Shown piece after piece: positions 23,024 to 35,746 of a stretch of DNA of 64,000 nt; the first letter of the stretch is position 1; each line of letters starts with the position of its first letter. The stretch spans positions 351,912,001 to 351,976,000 of the forward strand of contig CM097883.1 of assembly GCA_044892505.1 (NCBI GenBank), written 5' to 3'. Under the pieces are notes generated by a model. The model made no database searches. It was not told the origin of the DNA and saw only the letters and a program-made list of their open reading frames with translations. This DNA comes from Schmidtea nova (lineage: Eukaryota). The position numbers and the translations under genes are program-made.

Positions 23024-23789
23024 GATGACATTTTCCATCTTCACAAACAACAAAAGATAACCATCCGTCACTAGACAACACGACAGACTGATTCCGATGC
23101 AAAATGAGAATAAAATGCAAAGATTTTCACAAATTCTAATGAAGAGTAAAATCCTCAAAATGTCAAATACTGTACTTCTGACTTAATGTATGTCAAAACA
23201 TGGCTTGCTCGAGTAGAGTCTGGAGCTTTAGATGGCAGATGGACATACAAAGCTAAAAGATTTTAAAGTAAAAAAATATAAAGTCTTAGAAAAATTTCAA
23301 GAAATTTTGAATTTCCTAAAGACTTTCTTTAATTTTATATAATAGTCAAATGTTAAAACTGCACAATAATTACAAATATTTATACAATGATGGTAAGAGA
23401 CTTAAATTCTCTAGACGTTGATACATATTTTTGTTATTACTAGTAAATATACTAAAGATATTTACAGATCAAACTTTTAAAAATAAAAAGATATTTGGTG
23501 AATATTACATTTTAATCTAATAGCAATAATTTATACTCTTTTGAAATAAGCAAAAATATTTCTGAAAAATGATATTTATATCAATGTATTTACAAATAAA
23601 AAATATAAAAACATTATTATTATTATTATTTATATTTATATTTTCTTTTATTGTCTTATCTTTATTATCGCAATTTAAAGTTTAATATGTTGAAAAATAT
23701 ATAATTCCGGATTTAAGATTTCCTTATATAAATATTTATTTTTAAATTGTTCTAATATAAATAATTATTTATCATAAAACTATACCCTA

Positions 23790-24086
23790 ATGTGTGAAAA
23801 AAAGCCAAGTAACCTCTACAAAAGTTCGACAATCATTGAAGCACAAAGAAAAGCTCTTGAAATATTTAATTCTAAATCAACTTCTAAAGAAATAGTATTC
23901 AGAGATTCAGAAGGCCAATCTACAAGCCTTGATGCTTATATATTGGAAGCATCTGCAACAACCGGACAAACCAGTGAAGCGTATAGAGAGAATATGTTTT
24001 TGTTCTTCACTATATTTTCAGATACGCAAAGAAGAATGGAAAAACCTAATGAAAATATATTAAAACTATCAAATGACAATAACTAA
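23790..24086 (+). CDS. Hypothetical 98-aa ORF, copy 23 (F26, M69)
   Basis: ORF track; repeat copy. Confidence 0.45.
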   Translation: MCEKKPSNLYKSSTIIEAQRKALEIFNSKSTSKEIVFRDSEGQSTSLDAYILEASATTGQTSEAYRENMFLFFTIFSDTQRRMEKPNENILKLSNDNN

Positions 24087-24850
24087 GATGACATTTTCCA
24101 TCTTCACAAACAACAAAAGATAACCATCCGTCACTAGACAACAGGACAGACTGATTCCGATGCAAAATGAGAATAAAATGCAAAGATTTTTACAAATTCT
24201 AATGAAGAGTAAAATCCTCAAAATGTCAAATACTGTACTTCTGACTTAATGTATGTCAAAACATGGCTTGCTCGAGTAGAGTCTGGAGCTTTAGATGGCA
24301 GATGGACATACAAAGCTAAAAGATTTTAAAGTAAAAAAATAAAGTCTTAGAAAAATTTCAAGAAATTTTGAATTTCCTAAAGACTTTCTTTAATTTTATA
24401 TAATAGTCAAATGTTAAAACTGCACAATAATTTCAAATATTTATACAATGATGGTAAGAGACTTAAATTCTCTAGACGTTGATACATATTTTTGTTATTA
24501 CTAGTAAATATACTAAAGATATTTACAGATCAAACTTTTAAAAATAAAAAGATATTTGGTGAATATTACATTTTAATCTAATAGCAATAATTTATACTCT
24601 TTTGAAATAAGCAAAAATATTTCTGAAAAATGATATTTATATCAATGTATTTACAAATAAAAAATATAAAAACATTATTATTATTATTATTTATATTTAT
24701 ATTTTCTTTTATTGTCTTATCATTATTATCGCAATTTAAAGTTTAATATGTTGAAAAATATATAATTCCGGATTTAAGATTTCCTTATATAAATATTTAT
24801 TTTTAAATTGTTCTAATATAAATAATTATTTATCATAAAACTATACCCTA

Positions 24851-25147
24851 ATGTGTGAAAAAAAGCCAAGTAACCTCTACAAAAGTTCGACAATCATTGA
24901 AGCACAAAGAAAAGCTCTTGAAATATTTAATTCTAAATCAACTTCTAAAGAAATAGTATTCAGAGATTCAGAAGGCCAATCTACAAGCCTTGATGCTTAT
25001 ATATTGGAAGCATCTGCAACAACCGGACAAACCAGTGAAGCGTATAGAGAGAATATGTTTTTGTTCTTCACTATATTTTCAGATACGCAAAGAAGAATGG
25101 AAAAACCTAATGAAAATATATTAAAACTATCAAATGACAATAACTAA
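24851..25147 (+). CDS. Hypothetical 98-aa ORF, copy 24 (F26, M69)
   Basis: ORF track; repeat copy. Confidence 0.45.
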   Translation: MCEKKPSNLYKSSTIIEAQRKALEIFNSKSTSKEIVFRDSEGQSTSLDAYILEASATTGQTSEAYRENMFLFFTIFSDTQRRMEKPNENILKLSNDNN

Positions 25148-25910
25148 GATGACATTTTCCATCTTCACAAACAACAAAAGATAACCATCCGTCACTAGAC
25201 AACACGACAGACTGATTCCGATGCAAAATGAGAATAAAATGCAAAGATTTTCACAAATTCTAATGAAGAGTAAAATCCTCAAAATGTCAAATACTGTACT
25301 TCTGACTTAATGTATGTCAAAACATGGCTTGCTCGAGTAGAGTCTGGAGCTTTAGATGGCAGATGGACATACAAAGCTAAAAGATTTTAAAGTAAAAAAA
25401 TATAAAGTCTTAGAAAAATTTCAAGAAATTTTGAATTTCCTAAAGACTTTCTTTAATTTTATATAATAGTCAAATGTTAAAACTGCACAATAATTACAAA
25501 TATTTATACAATGATGGTAAGAGACTTAAATTCTCTAGACGTTGATACATATTTTTGTTATTACTAGTAAATATACTAAAGATATTTACAGATCAAACTT
25601 TTAAAAATAAAAAGATATTTGGTGAATATTACATTTTAATCTAATAGCAATAATTTATACTCTTTTGAAATAAGCAAAAATATTTCTGAAAAATGATATT
25701 TATATCAATGTATTTACAAATAAAAAATATAAAAACATTATTATTATTATTTATATTTATATTTTCTTTTATTGTCTTATCATTATTATCGCAATTTAAA
25801 GTTTAATATGTTGAAAAATATATAATTCCGGATTTAAGATTTCCTTATATAAATATTTATTTTTAAATTGTTCTAATATAAATAATTATTTATCATAAAA
25901 CTATACCCTA

Positions 25911-26207
25911 ATGTGTGAAAAAAAGCCAAGTAACCTCTACAAAAGTTCGACAATCATTGAAGCACAAAGAAAAGCTCTTGAAATATTTAATTCTAAATCA
26001 ACTTCTAAAGAAATAGTATTCAGAGATTCAGAAGGCCAATCTACAAGCCTTGATGCTTATATATTGGAAGCATCTGCAACAACCGGACAAACCAGTGAAG
26101 CGTATAGAGAGAATATATTTTTGTTCTTCACTATATTTTCAGATACGCAAAGAAGAATGGAAAAACCTAATGAAAATATATTAAAACTATCAAATGACAA
26201 TAACTAA
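25911..26207 (+). CDS. Hypothetical 98-aa ORF, copy 25 (F26, I69)
   Basis: ORF track; repeat copy. Confidence 0.45.
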   Translation: MCEKKPSNLYKSSTIIEAQRKALEIFNSKSTSKEIVFRDSEGQSTSLDAYILEASATTGQTSEAYRENIFLFFTIFSDTQRRMEKPNENILKLSNDNN

Positions 26208-26970
26208 GATGACATTTTCCATCTTCACAAACAACAAAAGATAACCATCCGTTACTAGACAACACGACAGACTGATTCCGATGCAAAATGAGAATAAAAT
26301 GCAAAGATTTTCACAAATTCTAATGAAGAGTAAAATCCTCAAAATGTCAAATACTGTACTTCTGACTTAATGTATGTCAAAACATGGCTTGCTCGAGTAG
26401 AGTCTGGAGCTTTAGATGGCAGATGGACATACAAAGCTAAAAGATTTTAAAGTAAAAAAATATAAAGTCTTAGAAAAATTTCAAGAAATTTTGAATTTCC
26501 TAAAGACTTTCTTTAATTTTATATAATAGTCAAATGTTAAAACTGCACAATAATTACAAATATTTATACAATGATGGTAAGAGACTTAAATTCTCTAGAC
26601 GTTGATACATATTTTTGTTATTACTAGTAAATATACTAAAGATATTTACAGATCAAACTTTTAAAAATAAAAAGATATTTGGTGAATATTACATTTTAAT
26701 CTAATAGCAATAATTTATACTCTTTTGAAATAAGCAAAAATATTTCTGAAAAATGATATTTATATCAATGTATTTACAAATAAAAAATATAAAAACATTA
26801 TTATTATTATTTATATTTATATTTTCTTTTATTGTCTTATCATTATTATCGCAATTTAAAGTTTAATATGTTGAAAAATATATAATTCCGGATTTAAGAT
26901 TTCCTTATATAAATATTTATTTTTAAATTGTTCTAATATAAATAATTATTTATCATAAAACTATACCCTA

Positions 26971-27267
26971 ATGTGTGAAAAAAAGCCAAGTAACCTCTAC
27001 AAAAGTTCGACAATCATTGAAGCACAAAGAAAAGCTCTTGAAATATTTAATTCTAAATCAACTTCTAAAGAAATAGTATTCAGAGATTCAGAAGGCCAAT
27101 CTACAAGCCTTGATGCTTATATATTGGAAGCATCTGCAACAACCGGACAAACCAGTGAAGCGTATAGAGAGAATATATTTTTGTTCTTCACTATATTTTC
27201 AGATACGCAAAGAAGAATGGAAAAACCTAATGAAAATATATTAAAACTATCAAATGACAATAACTAA
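26971..27267 (+). CDS. Hypothetical 98-aa ORF, copy 26 (F26, I69; last I69 copy)
   Basis: ORF track; repeat copy. Confidence 0.45.
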   Translation: MCEKKPSNLYKSSTIIEAQRKALEIFNSKSTSKEIVFRDSEGQSTSLDAYILEASATTGQTSEAYRENIFLFFTIFSDTQRRMEKPNENILKLSNDNN

Positions 27268-28029
27268 GATGACATTTTCCATCTTCACAAACAACAAAAG
27301 ATAACCATCCGTTACTAGACAACACGACAGACTGATTCCGATGCAAAATGAGAATAAAATGCAAAGATTTTCACAAATTCTAATGAAGAGTAAAATCCTC
27401 AAAATGTCAAATACTGTACTTCTGACTTAATGTATGTCAAAACATGGCTTGCTCGAGTAGAGTCTGGAGCTTTAGATGGCAGATGGACATACAAAGCTAA
27501 AAGATTTTAAAGTAAAAAAATAAAAGTCTTAGAAAAATTACAAGAAATTTTGAATTTCCTAAAGACTTTCTTTAATTTTATATAATAGTCAAATGTTAAA
27601 ACTGCACAATAATTACAAATATTTATACAATGATGGTAAGAGACTTAAATTCTCTAGACGTTGATACATATTTTTGTTATTACTAGTAAATATACTAAAG
27701 ATATTTACAGATCAAACTTTTAAAAATAAAAAGATATTTGGTGAATATTACATTTTAATCTAATAGCAATAATTTATACTCTTTTGAAATAAGCAAAAAT
27801 ATTTCTGAAAAATGATATTTATATCAATGTATTTACAAATAAAAAATATAAAAACATTATTATTATTATTTATATTTATATTTTCTTTTATTGTCTTATC
27901 ATTATTATCGCAATTTAAAGTTTAATATGTTGAAAAATATATAATTCCGGATTTAAGATTTCCTTATATAAATATTTATTTTTAAATTGTTCTAATATAA
28001 ATAATTATTTATCATAAAACTATACCCTA

Positions 28030-28326
28030 ATGTGTGAAAAAAAGCCAAGTAACCTCTACAAAAGTTCGACAATCATTGAAGCACAAAGAAAAGCTCTTGA
28101 AATATTGAATTCTAAATCAACTTCTAAAGAAATAGTATTCAGAGATTCAGAAGGCCAATCTACAAGCCTTGATGCTTATATATTGGAAGCATCTGCAACA
28201 ACCGGACAAACCAGTGAAGCGTATAGAGAGAATATGTTTTTGTTCTTCACTATATTTTCAGATACGCAAAGAAGAATGGAAAAACCTAATGAAAATATAT
28301 TAAAACTATCAAATGACAATAACTAA
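28030..28326 (+). CDS. Hypothetical 98-aa ORF, copy 27 (L26, M69)
   Basis: ORF track; repeat copy. Confidence 0.45.
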   Translation: MCEKKPSNLYKSSTIIEAQRKALEILNSKSTSKEIVFRDSEGQSTSLDAYILEASATTGQTSEAYRENMFLFFTIFSDTQRRMEKPNENILKLSNDNN

Positions 28327-29089
28327 GATGACATTTTCCATCTTCACAAACAACAAAAGATAACCATCCGTCACTAGACAACACGACAGACTGATTCCGA
28401 TGCAAAATGAGAATAAAATGCAAAGATTTTCACAAATTCTAATGAAGAGTAAAATCCTCAAAATGTCAAATACTGTACTTCTGACTTAATGTATGTCAAA
28501 ACATGGCTTGCTCGAGTAGAGTCTGGAGCTTTAGATGGCAGATGGACATACAAAGCTAAAAGATTTTAAAGTAAAAAAATATAAAGTCTTAGAAAAATTT
28601 CAAGAAATTTTGAATTTCCTAAAGACTTTCTTTAATTTTATATAATAGTCAAATGTTAAAACTGCACAATAATTACAAATATTTATACAATGATGGTAAG
28701 AGACTTAAATTCTCTAGACGTTGATACATATTTTTGTTATTACTAGTAAATATACTAAAGATATTTACAGATCAAACTTTTAAAAATAAAAAGATATTTG
28801 GTGAATATTACATTTTAATCTAATAGCAATAATTTATACTCTTTTGAAATAAGCAAAAATATTTCTGAAAAATGATATTTATATCAATGTATTTACAAAT
28901 AAAAAATATAAAAACATTATTATTATTATTTATATTTATATTTTCTTTTATTGTCTTATCATTATTATCGCAATTTAAAGTTTAATATGTTGAAAAATAT
29001 ATAATTCCGGATTTAAGATTTCCTTATATAAATATTTATTTTTAAATTGTTCTAATATAAATAATTATTTATCATAAAACTATACCCTA

Positions 29090-29386
29090 ATGTGTGAAAA
29101 AAAGCCAAGTAACCTCTACAAAAGTTCGACAATCATTGAAGCACAAAGAAAAGCTCTTGAAATATTGAATTCTAAATCAACTTCTAAAGAAATAGTATTC
29201 AGAGATTCAGAAGGCCAATCTACAAGCCTTGATGCTTATATATTGGAAGCATCTGCAACAACCGGACAAACCAGTGAAGCGTATAGAGAGAATATGTTTT
29301 TGTTCTTCACTATATTTTCAGATACGCAAAGAAGAATGGAAAAACCTAATGAAAATATATTAAAACTATCAAATGACAATAACTAA
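29090..29386 (+). CDS. Hypothetical 98-aa ORF, copy 28 (L26, M69)
   Basis: ORF track; repeat copy. Confidence 0.45.
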   Translation: MCEKKPSNLYKSSTIIEAQRKALEILNSKSTSKEIVFRDSEGQSTSLDAYILEASATTGQTSEAYRENMFLFFTIFSDTQRRMEKPNENILKLSNDNN

Positions 29387-30149
29387 GATGACATTTTCCA
29401 TCTTCACAAACAACAAAAGATAACCATCCGTTACTAGACAACACGACAGACTGATTCCGATGCAAAATGAGAATAAAATGCAAAGATTTTCACAAATTCT
29501 AATGAAGAGTAAAATCCTCAAAATGTCAAATACTGTACTTCTGACTTAATGTATGTCAAAACATGGCTTGCTCGAGTAGAGTCTGGAGCTTTAGATGGCA
29601 GATGGACATACAAAGCTAAAAGATTTTAAAGTAAAAAAATAAGTCTTAGAAAAATTACAAGAAATTTTGAATTTCCTAAAGACTTTCTTTAATTTTATAT
29701 AATAGTCAAATGTTAAAACTGCACAATAATTACAAATATTTATACAATGATGGTAAGAGACTTAAATTCTCTAGACGTTGATACATATTTTTGTTATTAC
29801 TAGTAAATATACTAAAGATATTTACAGATCAAACTTTTAAAAATAAAAAGATATTTGGTGAATATTACATTTTAATCTAATAGCAATAATTTATACTCTT
29901 TTGAAATAAGCAAAAATATTTCTGAAAAATGATATTTATATCAATGTATTTACAAATAAAAAATATAAAAACATTATTATTATTATTATTTATATTTATA
30001 TTTTCTTTTATTGTCTTATCATTATTATCGCAATTTAAAGTTTAATATGTTGAAAAATATATAATTCCGGATTTAAGATTTCCTTATATAAATATTTATT
30101 TTTAAATTGTTCTAATATAAATAATTATTTATCATAAAACTATACCCTA

Positions 30150-30446
30150 ATGTGTGAAAAAAAGCCAAGTAACCTCTACAAAAGTTCGACAATCATTGAA
30201 GCACAAAGAAAAGCTCTTGAAATATTGAATTCTAAATCAACTTCTAAAGAAATAGTATTCAGAGATTCAGAAGGCCAATCTACAAGCCTTGATGCTTATA
30301 TATTGGAAGCATCTGCAACAACCGGACAAACCAGTGAAGCGTATAGAGAGAATATGTTTTTGTTCTTCACTATATTTTCAGATACGCAAAGAAGAATGGA
30401 AAAGCCTAATGAAAATATATTAAAACTATCAAATGACAATAACTAA
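30150..30446 (+). CDS. Hypothetical 98-aa ORF, copy 29 (L26, M69)
   Basis: ORF track; repeat copy. Confidence 0.45.
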   Translation: MCEKKPSNLYKSSTIIEAQRKALEILNSKSTSKEIVFRDSEGQSTSLDAYILEASATTGQTSEAYRENMFLFFTIFSDTQRRMEKPNENILKLSNDNN

Positions 30447-31208
30447 GATGACATTTTCCATCTTCACAAACAACAAAAGATAACCATCCGTCACTAGACA
30501 ACACGACAGACTGATTCCGATGCAAAATGAGAATAAAATGCAAAGATTTTTACAAATTCTAATGAAGAGTAAAATCCTCAAAATGTCAAATACTGTACTT
30601 CTGACTTAATGTATGTCAAAACATGGCTTGCTCGAGTAGAGTCTGGAGCTTTAGATGGCAGATGGACATACAAAGCTAAAAGATTTTAAAGTAAAAAATA
30701 TAAAGTCTTAGAAAAATTTCAAGAAATTTTGAATTTCCTAAAGACTTTCTTTAATTTTATATAATAGTCAAATGTTAAAACTGCACAATAATTACAAATA
30801 TTTATACAATGATGGTAAGAGACTTAAATTCTCTAGACGTTGATACATATTTTTGTTATTACTAGTAAATATACTAAAGATATTTACAGATCAAACTTTT
30901 AAAAATAAAAAGATATTTGGTGAATATTACATTTTAATCTAATAGCAATAATTTATACTCTTTTGAAATAAGCAAAAATATTTCTGAAAAATGATATTTA
31001 TATCAATGTATTTACAAATAAAAAATATAAAAACATTATTATTATTATTTATATTTATATTTTCTTTTATTGTCTTATCATTATTATCGCAATTTAAAGT
31101 TTAATATGTTGAAAAATATATAATTCCGGATTTAAGATTTCCTTATATAAATATTTATTTTTAAATTGTTCTAATATAAATAATTATTTATCATAAAACT
31201 ATACCCTA

Positions 31209-31505
31209 ATGTGTGAAAAAAAGCCAAGTAACCTCTACAAAAGTTCGACAATCATTGAAGCACAAAGAAAAGCTCTTGAAATATTGAATTCTAAATCAAC
31301 TTCTAAAGAAATAGTATTCAGAGATTCAGAAGGCCAATCTACAAGCCTTGATGCTTATATATTGGAAGCATCTGCAACAACCGGACAAACCAGTGAAGCG
31401 TATAGAGAGAATATGTTTTTGTTCTTCACTATATTTTCAGATACGCAAAGAAGAATGGAAAAGCCTAATGAAAATATATTAAAACTATCAAATGACAATA
31501 ACTAA
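31209..31505 (+). CDS. Hypothetical 98-aa ORF, copy 30 (L26, M69)
   Basis: ORF track; repeat copy. Confidence 0.45.
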   Translation: MCEKKPSNLYKSSTIIEAQRKALEILNSKSTSKEIVFRDSEGQSTSLDAYILEASATTGQTSEAYRENMFLFFTIFSDTQRRMEKPNENILKLSNDNN

Positions 31506-32268
31506 GATGACATTTTCCATCTTCACAAACAACAAAAGATAACCATCCGTCACTAGACAACACGACAGACTGATTCCGATGCAAAATGAGAATAAAATGC
31601 AAAGATTTTTACAAATTCTAATGAAGAGTAAAATCCTCAAAATGTCAAATACTGTACTTCTGACTTAATGTATGTCAAAACATGGCTTGCTCGAGTAGAG
31701 TCTGGAGCTTTAGATGGCAGATGGACATACAAAGCTAAAAGATTTTAAAGTAAAAAAATATAAAGTCTTAGAAAAATTTCAAGAAATTTTGAATTTCCTA
31801 AAGACTTTCTTTAATTTTATATAATAGTCAAATGTTAAAACTGCACAATAATTACAAATATTTATACAATGATGGTAAGAGACTTAAATTCTCTAGACGT
31901 TGATACATATTTTTGTTATTACTAGTAAATATACTAAAGATATTTACAGATCAAACTTTTAAAAATAAAAAGATATTTGGTGAATATTACATTTTAATCT
32001 AATAGCAATAATTTATACTCTTTTGAAATAAGCAAAAATATTTCTGAAAAATGATATTTATATCAATGTATTTACAAATAAAAAATATAAAAACATTATT
32101 ATTATTATTTATATTTATATTTTCTTTTATTGTCTTATCATTATTATCGCAATTTAAAGTTTAATATGTTGAAAAATATATAATTCCGGATTTAAGATTT
32201 CCTTATATAAATATTTATTTTTAAATTGTTCTAATATAAATAATTATTTATCATAAAACTATACCCTA

Positions 32269-32565
32269 ATGTGTGAAAAAAAGCCAAGTAACCTCTACAA
32301 AAGTTCGACAATCATTGAAGCACAAAGAAAAGCTCTTGAAATATTTAATTCTAAATCAACTTCTAAAGAAATAGTATTCAGAGATTCAGAAGGCCAATCT
32401 ACAAGCCTTGATGCTTATATATTGGAAGCATCTGCAACAACCGGACAAACCAGTGAAGCGTATAGAGAGAATATGTTTTTGTTCTTCACTATATTTTCAG
32501 ATACGCAAAGAAGAATGGAAAAACCTAATGAAAATATATTAAAACTATCAAATGACAATAACTAA
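32269..32565 (+). CDS. Hypothetical 98-aa ORF, copy 31 (F26, M69; last F26 and last TAC-Tyr10 copy)
   Basis: ORF track; repeat copy. Confidence 0.45.
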   Translation: MCEKKPSNLYKSSTIIEAQRKALEIFNSKSTSKEIVFRDSEGQSTSLDAYILEASATTGQTSEAYRENMFLFFTIFSDTQRRMEKPNENILKLSNDNN

Positions 32566-33328
32566 GATGACATTTTCCATCTTCACAAACAACAAAAGAT
32601 AACCATCCGTCACTAGACAACACGACAGACTGATTCCGATGCAAAATGAGAATAAAATGCAAAGATTTTCACAAATTCTAATGAAGAGTAAAATCCTCAA
32701 AATGTCAAATACTGTACTTCTGACTTAATGTATGTCAAAACATGGCTTGCTCGAGTAGAGTCTGGAGCTTTAGATGGCAGATGGACATACAAAGCTAAAA
32801 GATTTTAAAGTAAAAAAATATAAAGTCTTAGAAAAATTTCAAGAAATTTTGAATTTCCTAAAGACTTTCTTTAATTTTATATAATAGTCAAATGTTAAAA
32901 CTGCACAATAATTACAAATATTTATACAATGATGGTAAGAGACTTAAATTCTCTAGACGTTGATACATATTTTTGTTATTACTAGTAAATATACTAAAGA
33001 TATTTACAGATCAAACTTTTAAAAATAAAAAGATATTTGGTGAATATTACATTTTAATCTAATAGCAATAATTTATACTCTTTTGAAATAAGCAAAAATA
33101 TTTCTGAAAAATGATATTTATATCAATGTATTTACAAATAAAAAATATAAAAACATTATTATTATTATTTATATTTATATTTTCTTTTATTGTCTTATCT
33201 TTATTATCGCAATTTAAAGTTTAATATGTTGAAAAATATATAATTCCGGATTTAAGATTTCCTTATATAAATATTTATTTTTAAATTGTTCTAATATAAA
33301 TAATTATTTATCATAAAACTATACCCTA

Positions 33329-33625
33329 ATGTGTGAAAAAAAGCCAAGTAACCTCTATAAAAGTTCGACAATCATTGAAGCACAAAGAAAAGCTCTTGAA
33401 ATATTGAATTCTAAATCAACTTCTAAAGAAATAGTATTCAGAGATTCAGAAGGCCAATCTACAAGCCTTGATGCTTATATATTGGAAGCATCTGCAACAA
33501 CCGGACAAACCAGTGAAGCGTATAGAGAGAATATGTTTTTGTTCTTCACTATATTTTCAGATACGCAAAGAAGAATGGAAAAACCTAATGAAAATATATT
33601 AAAACTATCAAATGACAATAACTAA
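33329..33625 (+). CDS. Hypothetical 98-aa ORF, copy 32 (L26, M69; first TAT-Tyr10 copy)
   Basis: ORF track; repeat copy. Confidence 0.45.
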   Translation: MCEKKPSNLYKSSTIIEAQRKALEILNSKSTSKEIVFRDSEGQSTSLDAYILEASATTGQTSEAYRENMFLFFTIFSDTQRRMEKPNENILKLSNDNN

Positions 33626-34390
33626 GATGACATTTTCCATCTTCACAAACAACAAAAGATAACCATCCGTCACTAGACAACACGACAGACTGATTCCGAT
33701 GCAAAATGAGAATAAAATGCAAAGATTTTCACAAATTCTAATGAAGAGTAAAATCCTCAAAATGTCAAATACTGTACTTCTGACTTAATGTATGTCAAAA
33801 CATGGCTTGCTCGAGTAGAGTCTGGAGCTTTAGATGGCAGATGGACATACAAAGCTAAAAGATTTTAAAGTAAAAAAATAAAAGTCTTAGAAAAATTTCA
33901 AGAAATTTTGAATTTCCTAAAGACTTTCTTTAATTTTATATAATAGTCAAATGTTAAAACTGCACAATAATTACAAATATTTATACAATGATGGTAAGAG
34001 ACTTAAATTCTCTAGACGTTGATACATATTTTTGTTATTACTAGTAAATATACTAAAGATATTTACAGATCAAACTTTTAAAAATAAAAAGATATTTGGT
34101 GAATATAACATTTTAATCTAATAGCAATAATTTATACTCTTTTGAAATAAGCAAAAATATTTCTGAAAAATGATATTTATATCAATGTATTTACAAATAA
34201 AAAATATAAAAACATTATTATTATTATTATTTATATTTATATTTTCTTTTATTGTCTTATCATTATTATCGCAATTTAAAGTTTAATATGTTGAAAAATA
34301 TATAATTCCGGATTTAAGATTTCCTTATATAAATATTTATTTTTAAATTGTTCTAATATAAATAATTATTTATCATAAAACTATAAACTA

Positions 34391-34687
34391 ATGTGTGAAA
34401 AAAAGCCAAGTAACCTCTATAAAAGTTCGACAATCATTGAAGCACAAAGAAAAGCTCTTGAAATATTGAATTCTAAATCAACTTCTAAAGAAATAGTATT
34501 CAGAGATTCAGAAGGCCAATCTACAAGCCTTGATGCTTATATATTGGAAGCATCTGCAACAACCGGACAAACCAGTGAAGCGTATAGAGAGAATATGTTT
34601 TTGTTCTTCACTATATTTTCAGATACGCAAAGAAGAATGGAAAAACCTAATGAAAATATATTAAAACTATCAAATGACAATAACTAA
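34391..34687 (+). CDS. Hypothetical 98-aa ORF, copy 33
   Basis: ORF track; repeat copy. Confidence 0.45.
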   Translation: MCEKKPSNLYKSSTIIEAQRKALEILNSKSTSKEIVFRDSEGQSTSLDAYILEASATTGQTSEAYRENMFLFFTIFSDTQRRMEKPNENILKLSNDNN

Positions 34688-35449
34688 GATGACATTTTCC
34701 ATCTTCACAAACAACAAAAGATAACCATCCGTCACTAGACAACACGACAGACTGATTCCGATGCAAAATGAGAATAAAATGCAAAGATTTTCACAAATTC
34801 TAATGAAGAGTAAAATCCTCAAAATGTCAAATACTGTACTTCTGACTTAATGTATGTCAAAACATGGCTTGCTCGAGTAGAGTCTGGAGCTTTAGATGGC
34901 AGATGGACATACAAAGCTAAAAGATTTTAAAGTAAAAAAATAAAAGTCTTAGAAAAATTTCAAGAAATTTTGAATTTCCTAAAGACTTTCTTTAATTTTA
35001 TATAATAGTCAAATGTTAAAACTGCACAATAATTACAAATATTTATACAATGATGGTAAGAGACTTAAATTCTCTAGACGTTGATACATATTTTTGTTAT
35101 TACTAGTAAATATACTAAAGATATTTACAGATCAAACTTTTAAAAATAAAAAGATATTTGGTGAATATTACATTTTAATCTAATAGCAATAATTTATACT
35201 CTTTTGAAATAAGCAAAAATATTTCTGAAAAATGATATTTATATCAATGTATTTACAAATAAAAAATATAAAAACATTATTATTATTATTTATATTTATA
35301 TTTTCTTTTATTGTCTTATCTTTATTATCGCAATTTAAAGTTTAATATGTTGAAAAATATATAATTCCGGATTTAAGATTTCCTTATATAAATATTTATT
35401 TTTAAATTGTTCTAATATAAATAATTATTTATCATAAAACTATACCCTA

Positions 35450-35746
35450 ATGTGTGAAAAAAAGCCAAGTAACCTCTATAAAAGTTCGACAATCATTGAA
35501 GCACAAAGAAAAGCTCTTGAAATATTGAATTCTAAATCAACTTCTAAAGAAATAGTATTCAGAGATTCAGAAGGCCAATCTACAAGCCTTGATGCTTATA
35601 TATTGGAAGCATCTGCAACAACCGGACAAACCAGTGAAGCGTATAGAGAGAATATGTTTTTGTTCTTCACTATATTTTCAGATACGCAAAGAAGAATGGA
35701 AAAACCTAATGAAAATATATTAAAACTATCAAATGACAATAACTAA
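35450..35746 (+). CDS. Hypothetical 98-aa ORF, copy 34
   Basis: ORF track; repeat copy. Confidence 0.45.
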   Translation: MCEKKPSNLYKSSTIIEAQRKALEILNSKSTSKEIVFRDSEGQSTSLDAYILEASATTGQTSEAYRENMFLFFTIFSDTQRRMEKPNENILKLSNDNN

